Shown: one piece after another, positions 46,715 through 57,445 of the stretch
Position numbering within the stretch: position 1 is the first letter of the stretch
How the letters are laid out: every line of letters starts with the position of its first letter
Assembly (NCBI GenBank): GCA_964471945.1
Contig: CAYYIJ010000003.1
Location: forward strand, 1-63,976
From: an uncultured Chlorobiaceae bacterium
Lineage (GTDB): Bacteria; Bacteroidota; Ignavibacteria; UBA10030; SZUA-254
Reading direction: 5' to 3'
Length of the DNA stretch: 63,976 nt
The notes under the pieces: generated by a model
Database searches by the model: none
Told to the model about the DNA's origin: nothing
What the model saw: the letters and a program-made list of their open reading frames with translations, nothing else
Position numbers and translations under genes: made by a program

Positions 46715-47485
46715 ATGAGAAAGAAAGTTATAGCGGGCAATTGGAAGATGAATAATGACATCCACCAAACAGCTATACTTATAAATGAGATAAAAGAGCG
46801 GATGAAAGATTTCCGTAGTGAAGTAGATGTAATAATCTGTCCACCGTTTACATCATTACTTATTGCCAAATCATTTATCAAAGATTCGCCGATTAAGCTT
46901 GGAGCACAAAATATGTCGCAGCACGAGGAGGGTGCATACACGGGTGAAGTATCTGCAAGGATGTTAACCGTTATCGGCTGTGAGTATGTTATTCTTGGAC
47001 ACTCAGAACGCCGCCAGTATTATAAAGAAAACGATGAACTCGTAAATCTCAAAATAAAACAAGCATTAAAAGTTGGCTTGACACCTATAGTTTGCATTGG
47101 TGAAACTCTGGAAGAAAGAGAAGCCGGGATTACAGATAAAATAATCACAGCACAAATCAAGGGAGTGTTACATGAACTAACGTCATCTGAAGTTGAAAAA
47201 CTTGTTATTGCCTATGAACCTGTATGGTCAATTGGGACAGGAAAAAACGCAACGCCAGAGCAGGCAAATCATGTTCACAAACTCATACGTAAATTAATCA
47301 GCCAAATGTATTCATGGGCGTTAGCTGAAAAGATTATTGTTTTATATGGGGGCAGTATGAATGCACAAAATGCAAGTTCGCTTTTGAACCAATCGGATAT
47401 TGATGGTGGACTGATCGGCGGGGCGAGCTTAAAAGCAGACAGTTTCATGGCAATTATACAGGCGGGTGTGGAGGGGTCTAAATAA
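46715..47485 (+). CDS. tpiA: triose-phosphate isomerase
   Basis: AGNWKMN, GHSERR and [10 protein letters not shown] motifs. Confidence 0.95.
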   Translation: MRKKVIAGNWKMNNDIHQTAILINEIKERMKDFRSEVDVIICPPFTSLLIAKSFIKDSPIKLGAQNMSQHEEGAYTGEVSARMLTVIGCEYVILGHSERRQYYKENDELVNLKIKQALKVGLTPIVCIGETLEEREAGITDKIITAQIKGVLHELTSSEVEKLVIAYEPVWSIGTGKNATPEQANHVHKLIRKLISQMYSWALAEKIIVLYGGSMNAQNASSLLNQSDIDGGLIGGASLKADSFMAIIQAGVEGSK

Positions 47486-47672
47486 CCAAAATGTGAAATT
47501 ATGGTTGCATTCGCTCCTATAATTTATTATATTTAAATACTTTTTTATTAAAGCATGATTATTTGTTCAACCAACTGACACCTTTTAAATTTAAATGTAT
47601 GTTGGAAAGAAATAACAATCACAAACGGGTAAAAAACCCATAATCATCATATCAATAAAACATAGTAATTCG

Positions 47673-50264
47673 TTGCGCATGTTTGTAATACTTGCGCTTT
47701 TCAACAGTATTTTCTCTTCCTTTGGAAATTCTCAAGTTTTCCGAACGCCATTTGATAAAAAAATTTTTGTTAATGGCAATCCAACTCGGATGGGAGCCGA
47801 TGCGGCAATGTTTCCAGATTCGCCAACGCGATTGAAAATCGATCTTTCTGGCACTTGGAAATTCAGTTTAGATGGGAAAACCTGGGGCACCGTCGAGGTT
47901 CCAAGTGCGTTTGATTTTACTGGCAAAGTGATTTTCCAACGGGCATTGGAAATCAAGCGTGAGATGCTCGATAAATATACGTTTTTACTTGTAGTTTATG
48001 GAATTAACTATCAAAGCGAGATTACAATTAATGGCAACTTCGTTGGGAGGCACGTCGGCGGCTATACATCAGTTGTTTTACCGATTCAAAATAATACATT
48101 ACAGGTAGGGACCGAAAATTCAATAACGATTTCTGTCAATAATGAATTAACACCAAGAACAACTGTTCCCCTCAGGCAACAGGTTGGTGGATGGCGCTCT
48201 TATTGTGGTATCTTCAGAGATATTTATATTCTTGCAGTACCAAAACTATTCGTTGACGATTTGAAAACAACATCGAGTATTTCTCCAGACTTCAAATCAG
48301 CTAAAATATCTGTGCATTGTAACATAACCGATAGATGGTCAGGACTTAAATCTGAATCGGGAGGTTTGCTTGGATTTCAAGTAGAAGCTTATGATAAACT
48401 TAGCGGTGAGATAGTCGGACGTAGCAGTATCACGCCATTTACACCACATATTAATAAGACAATTTCAGTGAATACAGATATTCTGGTTCCCAATCCGAAA
48501 CTCTGGTCTCCAGAGATTCCCGATCTTTATTTATTGAAATGTCAACTTGTTCGAAGTGTTGGTAAAGAGATCACACTGCTCGACGAATACAGCGTGGATG
48601 TTGGAATTCGGAGTATTCTTTGGAAAGATGGTCGGCTGATTCTTAATAATAGTTTGTTAATTTTGAAAGGTATACTTTGGCAGGAAGATCATGATGTGTT
48701 CGGATCAGCAATGACCTATGAGGCATTAGAACGGGATATAGTATCAATAAAAACGCTCGGCGCAAATTTGATACGTTTTCTTTATCCACCTCACCCATAT
48801 ATGCTGAACTTGTGTGATAGATACGGTATATTTGTGCTGGAGGAGATTCCTGTTACCGATGTACCGCATGAGATTATATCCAGAGAATATTATCAAGAAA
48901 TGGTAACAACTTATGCAAAAGAAATGGTTCAACGAGATCGAAATCATGTATCGGTGCTGGGCTGGGGAATTGGAGATGAAATTGATGCCCCGACATCTTT
49001 CTCGTGCGAGTTTGTAAATGGTTTAAGAAATATCATCAGATCGCTCGATAATCGGTCAGTCTTCTTTGCAACTCGTAATATGAATAACCCATGCTTTGAT
49101 TACGTTGATATTGCTGCGTTAAATAGTTATGGTGATGAGCCAAAGGATTACCGAGAAGCGCTTAAAGCATTTGCGGTAAAGTATCCTGAAAAACCGATTA
49201 TCGTTGTACGATACGGGAGAAATGTCGAGCCTGGTAATCACTCTGGTTACAGCGATCCATACTCGATGGAATCTCAGGCACGGTATGCAATGCAGTTCTA
49301 TAGCGCATTGAAAGAGATGAAGTTGGTTGGAAGTGTACTTTGGTCTTATAACGATTGGCGATCAGATCGCCCTTCTCTAGCGACTCGCTCTAATGATCCA
49401 TATTTATGTGCAATGGGGGTTGTAAGTCACGCTCGTGAGAAACGGACAGCATTTGATGTTGTGCGCGCATTGTATAACGATGAAAAAGTACAGGCATTAC
49501 CAGTCGGAAATTTTTCATCGAATACACCAATCGTTTATGTTATTTCAGGATTTATCATGCTGATATCGTTTGCGTTTATGTATAATGCAATCCGCCGGTT
49601 CAGAGATGGTGTGAATCGGTCGTTTTTTCGAACGTATAATTTTTTTGCAGATGTGCGAGACCAGCGCATCCTTACTTATGTTCATACTTCATTTCTTGCG
49701 ATCATTATCTCAGTCACGGGCGCTACGCTTCTTTCAAGTATTTTTACTCATTATAGAGATAATCTCTTGATAGATAATTTATTGAGTCAGGTCATGCCAG
49801 ATGTGCTTAAGGAATGGTTTATATATCTCGTATGGTATCCATATTATTTTATACTGATTATTTCAGGAATCATTTTCCTGAAATTTATCCTATTGTCTCT
49901 TTTCATTAAGTTCTTATCGATGTTGGTTAAGACGCGTGTGTTATTCTATCATGCATTTTCTGTTACAATATGGTCGTCTTCACCATATATTATTTTAATT
50001 CCGTTCGCAATGATCATTTTTCGATTGATGGAAACCGAGTTTTATATAATTCCAATATTTATTCTTATAGCTCTTATTAGTTTTTGGGTGTTGCTGCGAT
50101 TATTAAAGGGTGTATCGATTATTTTCGATGTGTTCCCTATAAAGGTATACACCATCGGATTCTTAATTCTGATTATTGCTTGTATTGCCGTTTATGGGTA
50201 TCTTGATTATACAAAATCGGCAGTCATCTATCTAAAATATTTTTTACAAACAGCTAACTATTAA
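47673..50264 (+). CDS. GH2-like (beta-galactosidase/glucuronidase fold) protein fused to a C-terminal polytopic membrane domain
   Basis: GH2 sugar-binding and TIM-barrel motifs (GIFRDIYI, RDRNHVSVLGWGIGDE). The last ~260 aa contain about 6 hydrophobic helices. TTG start 47673 (ATG at 47679). Confidence 0.7.
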   Translation: MRMFVILALFNSIFSSFGNSQVFRTPFDKKIFVNGNPTRMGADAAMFPDSPTRLKIDLSGTWKFSLDGKTWGTVEVPSAFDFTGKVIFQRALEIKREMLDKYTFLLVVYGINYQSEITINGNFVGRHVGGYTSVVLPIQNNTLQVGTENSITISVNNELTPRTTVPLRQQVGGWRSYCGIFRDIYILAVPKLFVDDLKTTSSISPDFKSAKISVHCNITDRWSGLKSESGGLLGFQVEAYDKLSGEIVGRSSITPFTPHINKTISVNTDILVPNPKLWSPEIPDLYLLKCQLVRSVGKEITLLDEYSVDVGIRSILWKDGRLILNNSLLILKGILWQEDHDVFGSAMTYEALERDIVSIKTLGANLIRFLYPPHPYMLNLCDRYGIFVLEEIPVTDVPHEIISREYYQEMVTTYAKEMVQRDRNHVSVLGWGIGDEIDAPTSFSCEFVNGLRNIIRSLDNRSVFFATRNMNNPCFDYVDIAALNSYGDEPKDYREALKAFAVKYPEKPIIVVRYGRNVEPGNHSGYSDPYSMESQARYAMQFYSALKEMKLVGSVLWSYNDWRSDRPSLATRSNDPYLCAMGVVSHAREKRTAFDVVRALYNDEKVQALPVGNFSSNTPIVYVISGFIMLISFAFMYNAIRRFRDGVNRSFFRTYNFFADVRDQRILTYVHTSFLAIIISVTGATLLSSIFTHYRDNLLIDNLLSQVMPDVLKEWFIYLVWYPYYFILIISGIIFLKFILLSLFIKFLSMLVKTRVLFYHAFSVTIWSSSPYIILIPFAMIIFRLMETEFYIIPIFILIALISFWVLLRLLKGVSIIFDVFPIKVYTIGFLILIIACIAVYGYLDYTKSAVIYLKYFLQTANY

Positions 50265-50266
50265 AA

Positions 50267-53200
50267 ATGTATTTATCGAAGATAGAAATAATCGGATTTA
50301 AATCATTCGCACATCGCATCAATCTCAAATTCGACGCTGGAGTAACCGCAATAGTCGGTCCAAATGGCTGCGGAAAAACTAATATAGTCGATGCTATCCG
50401 CTGGGCATTAGGTGAACAACGGTACAGCACATTACGAAGCGATAAAATGGAAGATGTGATCTTTAATGGGACAAAAAACCGCAAACCAGTTGGGCTTGCC
50501 GAAGTATCATTAACGATTGAAAACACAAAGGGAATTCTTCCAACTGATTATTCAGAAGTTACAATTACCCGCCGAGTATTTCGATCAGGAGAGAGCGAAT
50601 ATCTTCTTAATAAAGGTACATGCCGCTTAAAAGATATCGTTGATCTATTTATGGATACTGGTATGGGTAGCGATGCATATTCGGTCATTGAACTGAAAAT
50701 GGTTGAAACCATTCTTTCTGATAAAACCGATGAACGACGAAGATTATTCGAGGAAGCGGCTGGTGTTACCAAGTACAAGTTCCGCCGTAAAGCTGCAATC
50801 CGCAAGCTGCAAGATGTTCAACAAGATTTAGCAAGGGTCGATGACATTGTTAAAGAAATTCAGAAAACGGTTAACTCTCTCGAGCGGCAAGCAAAAAAAG
50901 CAGAACAATATAATGAAGTCTCTAACAAATTAAAGGCGCTCGAGATTGATCTGCTTGAGCGTGAATATGCTTATCTCCATGATAAAGTAAAACCCCTGCA
51001 AGAAAAATTCCTGTTTGCATCAACTGACAAAGCGAAGATAAGTGAAATACTTCGCTCCCAAGAGGAGCAAATTGAAAAACTTCGATCGGATTTAGATAAG
51101 GTTGAAAAACATCTTGGTGAAATCCAACACCTATCTGCAACAAAGTTCGGAGATATCCACCGCAGTGAAGAAAAAATTCTCGTTGCCGAGGAACGGCGTA
51201 ATTCACTTGATTCAAACATAAAACGGTATGAGTCAGAGAAATTTGATCTTCACAATCAACAGGAAATCTTGATCAAGGAGAAAAAAGATCTTTTATATCG
51301 AAAAGAAATAAATATTAATGATCTCATCGAATCTGAAAAGATATTTAAACTCGAGAAAGAAGAATATCAACGGCTTAGTCAACAGATAAACGAAAAACAA
51401 ACGGAGGTTGCTGCGCTCAAAGATATTATTCTCGGATTAGCACATGTGATCGTTGAAAAGAAGGGTGAGCACGAACGCGTTAAAGCCCGAATCGATAATC
51501 TAAAAGGACGTATTGAAAGATCATCAGAAGACAATGACTTGTATCTCGAGGATATTCAACGTGTTGAAGAGGACGTAAAACAACTCACGATGAAAGACCG
51601 TGAGATGAGAAAAAATTTTGCGGAAGCTGAAGTTCAATTGTTTTCAGTACAAAAGTTTCGAGATGATCTAAAACGTGAAACAGAAAAATTGCGGGAACAT
51701 ATCCTAGGTTTATTGCATGAGATCGATCGTAAAAAATCGAAGATCGAATTTCATAAAAAATTGCTTGAAGGATATGAAGGTTTTTCAGAAGGAACAAAAT
51801 ACCTCCTAAAGCACGATGGCTGGGGGGCGAATAGAATATCAACGGTTGCTGATATTCTACATTCTGATGAAAAATACCGCCTTGCTATCGAATCTGCTCT
51901 TGGTGATTTGGCAAACGTTATTGTTGTTGAACATATTAAAGATGGATATGCTGCGATAGAAGAGTTGAAGAATCAGGATAAAGGGAAAACAACATTCATC
52001 AGTTTACAAAACGTTCCAAGAATTTTGAGACGCGGGAAGAAAAAAATGAACATCCCATTTGTATGGGCTACAGATGTTGTTCGATGCGATGCGACTTATC
52101 AGCCACTTTTGAATTTTCTGCTCGACGATGTTATTATAGTCGACACTCTCGAGATGACAGATCATGTTTTTTCGGCTTTGTCGGGTATTCGTTGTGTAAC
52201 TCTTGATGGTCAGAGCATATCGAGCTCTGGTTTTTTGAGAGGCGGCAGTCACAGATTTGATGAGGGAGGTATAATCAGTAAAAAATCTCAGATTGCGATT
52301 CTGGAACAAGAACTTCAAAACTTACACAAAGAAGTTCTGAATATAACTGAACAACAAAAGGAAAATCAGCACAAACATGATGCCGTTGAGCTTGATAAGG
52401 AGCTCGGGGTGGTAAAAGCTATCGAGAAGGAAATGACGGCTATCGAAATGCGTATTGCCCAACTCGAATTCGAGAAAAAACGAGCCAACGATGGCATTGA
52501 AAGAAATAAATTAGAAATTGCTGTATTCGAGAAAGAGATAACTGAACTTCAGCACCAATACGAAAATCTTGGTATCGAGCTTAAAACCATTGAGTTAGAG
52601 AAAAAAGAAAATGAGACACAGGTTGATGGGGTGATTAGGGAACTCGAGGTCTTAGAATCACTATGGAATGTAAAAACAAAAATAGTAAATGAAATCGAAA
52701 TAAAAGTCGTTACACTTCAGGGGGAAGTACGCAACGTTGAACGAGATATAGAGCGTGCTGATACTCGTATGAACGATACTCAATTGACCATTGCACGTCG
52801 TCATGAAGAGATTGCCCGGGCTCAACAAGAGAATGTACAACTCTCACAAGATGTATTGATTTTCCAAAAACAACTTAATTCCCTGAGAGCCGAGTTCGAA
52901 AACATCGAAAATAATAAAAGGGATATAGAACAGAAATATATTGCAAAACGAAATGAGCTTCACGGAATCGAGCTGAAGATGAAAGATGAACGTCGCCTAC
53001 ACGATGATTCTGTATCTGTAACTCATGAACTGGAAATGAAAATATCAGAAATCAAAGCGAGCATCGAGCATGTTAAGCTTCGAGCAATGGAAGAATTTGA
53101 AATCGAGCTTCAACTGAAAACTTATCCTGATGATGAATGGATAGATTTTGCTCATCTTCGGGAAGAGGTGAAGAACCTGAAAGAGCGGATCAAGGTTCTC

Positions 53201-53830
53201 GGAGCAATCAACTTTGCAGCATTCGATGAATTCAATCGCGAAAGTGAACGGTTAAATTTCTTAACACAACAGCGTGACGACCTGTTAGAAGCAGAAAAAA
53301 CTCTACTCAACACCATCGAAGAGATTAATAACACCGCCCAGAGGAATTTTTTTGAAACCTTCGAGAAAATTAGAAAGAACTTTATTATCACATTTAAAGA
53401 GTTATTTCATGAAGGAGATGAATGCGATTTAAATCTTGAGGAAGGAGTTGACCCCCTCGAGGCAAACATCGAAATCATTGCAAAACCAAGAGGGAAGAGG
53501 CCCACATCAATTGATTTATTATCAGGTGGGGAAAAAACATTAACAGCTATTGCTTTATTATTCGCTATTTATCTTGTAAAACCGAGTCCATTTTGCATAC
53601 TCGATGAGGTTGATGCACCGTTAGATGATTCAAATATAGACCGTTATACACGGATTTTAAAAAAATTCTCAGATAATACTCAATTCATCGTTGTAACTCA
53701 TAATAAACGGACGATGGAATCAGCACAGGCACTTTACGGTGTTACTATGGAAGAGGAAGGCGTCTCAAAGATCGTTACTGTTCGCTTTAATGAAGACGCT
53801 AGGGTTCGGTCTGCTGCTGTAACTAATTGA
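50267..53830 (+). CDS. smc: chromosome segregation protein SMC
   Basis: Walker A GPNGCGKTN, long coiled coils, hinge, signature LSGGEKT, Walker B ILDEVDAPLD. 1187 aa. Confidence 0.95.
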   Translation: MYLSKIEIIGFKSFAHRINLKFDAGVTAIVGPNGCGKTNIVDAIRWALGEQRYSTLRSDKMEDVIFNGTKNRKPVGLAEVSLTIENTKGILPTDYSEVTITRRVFRSGESEYLLNKGTCRLKDIVDLFMDTGMGSDAYSVIELKMVETILSDKTDERRRLFEEAAGVTKYKFRRKAAIRKLQDVQQDLARVDDIVKEIQKTVNSLERQAKKAEQYNEVSNKLKALEIDLLEREYAYLHDKVKPLQEKFLFASTDKAKISEILRSQEEQIEKLRSDLDKVEKHLGEIQHLSATKFGDIHRSEEKILVAEERRNSLDSNIKRYESEKFDLHNQQEILIKEKKDLLYRKEININDLIESEKIFKLEKEEYQRLSQQINEKQTEVAALKDIILGLAHVIVEKKGEHERVKARIDNLKGRIERSSEDNDLYLEDIQRVEEDVKQLTMKDREMRKNFAEAEVQLFSVQKFRDDLKRETEKLREHILGLLHEIDRKKSKIEFHKKLLEGYEGFSEGTKYLLKHDGWGANRISTVADILHSDEKYRLAIESALGDLANVIVVEHIKDGYAAIEELKNQDKGKTTFISLQNVPRILRRGKKKMNIPFVWATDVVRCDATYQPLLNFLLDDVIIVDTLEMTDHVFSALSGIRCVTLDGQSISSSGFLRGGSHRFDEGGIISKKSQIAILEQELQNLHKEVLNITEQQKENQHKHDAVELDKELGVVKAIEKEMTAIEMRIAQLEFEKKRANDGIERNKLEIAVFEKEITELQHQYENLGIELKTIELEKKENETQVDGVIRELEVLESLWNVKTKIVNEIEIKVVTLQGEVRNVERDIERADTRMNDTQLTIARRHEEIARAQQENVQLSQDVLIFQKQLNSLRAEFENIENNKRDIEQKYIAKRNELHGIELKMKDERRLHDDSVSVTHELEMKISEIKASIEHVKLRAMEEFEIELQLKTYPDDEWIDFAHLREEVKNLKERIKVLGAINFAAFDEFNRESERLNFLTQQRDDLLEAEKTLLNTIEEINNTAQRNFFETFEKIRKNFIITFKELFHEGDECDLNLEEGVDPLEANIEIIAKPRGKRPTSIDLLSGGEKTLTAIALLFAIYLVKPSPFCILDEVDAPLDDSNIDRYTRILKKFSDNTQFIVVTHNKRTMESAQALYGVTMEEEGVSKIVTVRFNEDARVRSAAVTN

Positions 53831-53878
53831 AGAAGTACAGTTGCATATTATATTTTGGTTTTTTCGCTTAGTAGATCA

Positions 53879-54619
53879 ATGATAAAAATCTTTATTGATT
53901 TTGACGGGACAATTACAAAACAGGATGTTGGTGATGCTATGTTCGAAAAGTTTGGGGGAAAGCAATGTCTCGATTTTATCAAAGAGTATCATCAGGGTCT
54001 CATATCCGCTACCGAATGTTTTCAGCGTGAATGTTCAGCTTGTAATGGGGCAGATCATCAAACACTCAATGAATTTTTAGATAATCAAGAAATTGATTCA
54101 ACATTTTTCGATTTTCAACGATTCTGTAATGAGAACAAGCTCGAGTATTTTATCTTAAGCGATGGAATGGATTATTACATACAGCGTATTCTTGTGAAGA
54201 ATGGCATCAACGATATACCTTGTTTTACAAATCATCTTGAATTGACACCGATTAACGGAACTCAGGAAATAAGATTTATTCCATCATTCCCTCATACCGA
54301 CGAGGTATGCGATAGATGTGCATGTTGTAAGCGCAACCATATCCTGACGTTAAGCGGCGATGATGATATTATTATTTATATAGGCGAGGGATATTCAGAT
54401 CGGTGCCCCGTAAGATATGCTGACGTTGTTTTTGCTAAAGATGAATTATTAAAATTTTGTCAACAAGAAAACATCTCATATTTTGAATACCAAACATTTG
54501 ACGATGTGCGATACCGTTTAAAATCGATGTTAGCGAAGAAGGAGTCAAAAATAAATAATGAATTTAGAAAAAGGCGGCAAGCTCAGCTTGCGGCTCGTGA
54601 TGTATTTTTAGGTGGATAA
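53879..54619 (+). CDS. HAD-IB family phosphatase (MtnX-like)
   Basis: IFIDFDGTIT motif I, SDG, GEGYSD motif IV, Cys cluster CDRCACCK. Start set at ATG 53879. Confidence 0.75.
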   Translation: MIKIFIDFDGTITKQDVGDAMFEKFGGKQCLDFIKEYHQGLISATECFQRECSACNGADHQTLNEFLDNQEIDSTFFDFQRFCNENKLEYFILSDGMDYYIQRILVKNGINDIPCFTNHLELTPINGTQEIRFIPSFPHTDEVCDRCACCKRNHILTLSGDDDIIIYIGEGYSDRCPVRYADVVFAKDELLKFCQQENISYFEYQTFDDVRYRLKSMLAKKESKINNEFRKRRQAQLAARDVFLGG

Positions 54620-55194
54620 TGGATTTTCGTCAAGCGCTCTTTAAATATCGTAGTTACACCCCGATCCCATTTCTACTCGTAATGGTTATCGTTGCTCATC
54701 CAACTTTTACAAGTATGATTGTTGGTTTGGGATTTGTACTTATTGGTGAGGTGATCCGTTTATGGGGAGTTTCGTACGCAGGGAGTGAAACTCGAACAAC
54801 AGGACAAGTAGGTGCCACTGTTCTTGTTACAACTGGACCATATAGTTTTGTCCGTAATCCGCTCTACCTCGGTAATATGATGATGTATTTTGGTCTTGGT
54901 ATCATGGCAAATACGCCTCTTCTCGCAATGATCGGTCTTTTTTATTTCTTTTTTCAATATACCCTGATTGTAAGTTTAGAAGAAGAGAGTTTGTTTAAGA
55001 AATTTCCTGAAGAATATCTCCGATATTTTCAATCTGTGCCGAGATTTATCCCGACTTTGAGAAAATACTTAGATGGTAATCATCCGCAACCGGTAGTAAA
55101 TTGGAAGAATGGTATTAACTCTGAGAGGCGCACGTTTCAGGCGATCGCATCGGTTATAATATTGCTTATTGTAATATGGTTTTTGAGAGGATGA
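54619..55194 (+). CDS. isoprenylcysteine carboxyl methyltransferase (ICMT)-family membrane protein
   Basis: 4-5 TM. LVTTGPYSFVRNPLYLG motif typical of the ICMT/PEMT family. Confidence 0.7.
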   Translation: MDFRQALFKYRSYTPIPFLLVMVIVAHPTFTSMIVGLGFVLIGEVIRLWGVSYAGSETRTTGQVGATVLVTTGPYSFVRNPLYLGNMMMYFGLGIMANTPLLAMIGLFYFFFQYTLIVSLEEESLFKKFPEEYLRYFQSVPRFIPTLRKYLDGNHPQPVVNWKNGINSERRTFQAIASVIILLIVIWFLRG

Positions 55195-55198
55195 TGCC

Positions 55199-56326
55199 AT
55201 GCGAATAATGATCATAGCTGGCGAGGCATCCGGTGATTTGCACGGTTCTGGCGTGGTTCGAGAATTGAAACGCCGCGATCCCAATTGTGTTATTTTCGGC
55301 ATAGGCGGCGATAAAATGAAAGCTGAAGGTATGGAGTTGATTTACCATATCCGTGAGATATCTGTAATGGGTTTCTGGGAAGTTCTCCAGCATATAGCGT
55401 TGTTGAAATCGGTGGAACATACGATGAATGTACTTTTAAAAGTAAAGAAACCCGATGTTCTGTTATTGATAGATTATCCTGGTTTCAATCTACGGTTTGC
55501 AAAAACCGCACACCAACATGGAATTAAAATTGTGTATTATATAAGTCCGCAGATATGGGCTTGGAATCCTGGACGCGCGCGAAAGATGAAAGGGGTAATA
55601 GATAAAATGATGATTGTTTTTCCGTTCGAGGAAGAGATTTATCGTCGTCAGGGGATCGATGTCCAATTCGTAGGCCATCCACTGCTCGAGGTATTTACCG
55701 AACCTCTGGGAAGAAAAGAATTTTCCAAACGGTTTGAGTTTGATCAAACTAAACCGTTACTCGGTCTATTTCCAGGAAGTCGTATTCAGGAATTAGAGCG
55801 GATTTTCCCCTCGATGTTGGGCGCGGCAAGAATTCTTCATAACAAGATTGGTGTTCAAGTTGCAGTTGGTATATCTTCAGCGCTTAAATATGAATATGTT
55901 AAATCATTCATACGCGGTGATTTTCCGGTTCAGTTGATTCAACATGCTACACACGATGTCATGAAAAATTCTGATGTTGCATTGGTTACATCAGGGACTG
56001 CCACACTTGAAACGGCATATTATCAAACCCCGATGATTGTTGTTTACAAAACCTCATGGCTCTCTTATTTAATCGGAAGAATATTAGTTCGAATAAAAAA
56101 TATTGGTCTTGTGAATATTGTCGCGGGTGAACAAATTGTGCCTGAAATCCTGCAGTCGAAGGTGAACCCCCAGAATCTAGCAAGCGAAGCATTAAGGATA
56201 TTAGAAGATGAAAAATTGCGCAAGGACATATCCCGGCGGTTATTAATCGTTAGAGATCGGCTTGGGACAAAAGGTGCTTCGATTCGTGTAGCTGAAGCGA
56301 TATTATCGATGACTTTTCATTCGTAG
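55199..56326 (+). CDS. lpxB: lipid-A-disaccharide synthase
   Basis: IIAGEASGDLHG N-terminus, ISPQIWAW and TSGTATLE motifs. Confidence 0.9.
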   Translation: MRIMIIAGEASGDLHGSGVVRELKRRDPNCVIFGIGGDKMKAEGMELIYHIREISVMGFWEVLQHIALLKSVEHTMNVLLKVKKPDVLLLIDYPGFNLRFAKTAHQHGIKIVYYISPQIWAWNPGRARKMKGVIDKMMIVFPFEEEIYRRQGIDVQFVGHPLLEVFTEPLGRKEFSKRFEFDQTKPLLGLFPGSRIQELERIFPSMLGAARILHNKIGVQVAVGISSALKYEYVKSFIRGDFPVQLIQHATHDVMKNSDVALVTSGTATLETAYYQTPMIVVYKTSWLSYLIGRILVRIKNIGLVNIVAGEQIVPEILQSKVNPQNLASEALRILEDEKLRKDISRRLLIVRDRLGTKGASIRVAEAILSMTFHS

Positions 56327-56327
56327 C

Positions 56328-57380
56328 ATGAAGATAGTTACATTTTCGTTGTTACCGTTATCGTGGTTGTATGGTTTAATTATCATCTTGCGAAATTATT
56401 TTTATGATAATGGAATATTTCGCATCGATCACGTTAGTATTCCTGTAATCTCCGTTGGAAATATAACAGTTGGCGGAACAGGTAAAACACCGATGATTGA
56501 ATTCATAACTCGATATTATATAGGTCAAAATAAAAAAGTTGCGGTGTTAAGTAGAGGTTATAAAAGAACCACTCGAGGTTTTCGGGTAGTTTCGGATGGT
56601 GTAAATATACAAGGTACACCGGCAACATGCGGTGATGAACCATATCAAATCGCCAAGAAATTTCCACGAACGATTGTCTTGGTAGATGAAAATAGAATCA
56701 GGGCAGCGAAAATTGCAGTAGAAAGATACAATCCGGATGTTTTCTTACTCGACGATGGATTCCAACACAGGGGAATTGATAGGCAGTTAGATTTTGTTTT
56801 AATTGATGGGGCTAAAATACCTGCAGCGATCCCGTTATTGCCAGCCGGAGTGCGACGCGAACCTATTTCAGCTCTACGACGCGCTGATATAATAATATTG
56901 ACACGAACTTCAATTGTTGATAAAACTTTAATAAAAGAAATAAATAAACACACACAAGCTCCGGTTGCAAGTGTTGATTTCCAACTAAAACGATTTCTTG
57001 GATTGTTGACAGGAAAAGAAATCAAGTTGTCTGAAATCCGGGGCAAATCATGTGTAGCATTCTGTGGTATCGGTAATCCGATATCATTTAAACAAATGTT
57101 AAATGAACTTGATATAACGATTCTGGATTTTAAGATTTATCCTGATCACCATAGCTATAACCAAGCTGATTTGGATATTATCCAAAAGACGTACGAAGAA
57201 TCTAAAGCACGATATGTCATCACAACTGAAAAGGATGCGGTTCGATTATCGTTGCTAACAATACCTGCGGTTTTTCCGTCGGATACTATGGTAATCGCAG
57301 AGATTCATACAGTAGTTACGAGTGGTGAAGATATTCTGATAAAGTTGCTTGATGATGCTGTGAGTAACGTGGGCAGATGA
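56328..57380 (+). CDS. lpxK: tetraacyldisaccharide 4'-kinase
   Basis: VGNITVGGTGKTP P-loop and SRGY, DDGFQH motifs. Confidence 0.9.
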   Translation: MKIVTFSLLPLSWLYGLIIILRNYFYDNGIFRIDHVSIPVISVGNITVGGTGKTPMIEFITRYYIGQNKKVAVLSRGYKRTTRGFRVVSDGVNIQGTPATCGDEPYQIAKKFPRTIVLVDENRIRAAKIAVERYNPDVFLLDDGFQHRGIDRQLDFVLIDGAKIPAAIPLLPAGVRREPISALRRADIIILTRTSIVDKTLIKEINKHTQAPVASVDFQLKRFLGLLTGKEIKLSEIRGKSCVAFCGIGNPISFKQMLNELDITILDFKIYPDHHSYNQADLDIIQKTYEESKARYVITTEKDAVRLSLLTIPAVFPSDTMVIAEIHTVVTSGEDILIKLLDDAVSNVGR

Positions 57381-57445
57381 TTGTTATATAATATTTTTAA
57401 TATCGACATTAAACTATTTTAATCTAAATTATAACAAGGTGAAAA

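Noticed and set aside
43153-46715. Absence of sucD after sucC as a sign that the nuclease operon displaced it.
   Set aside because: sucC and sucD are separately located in a number of bacterial lineages. Without the rest of the genome this cannot be interpreted.
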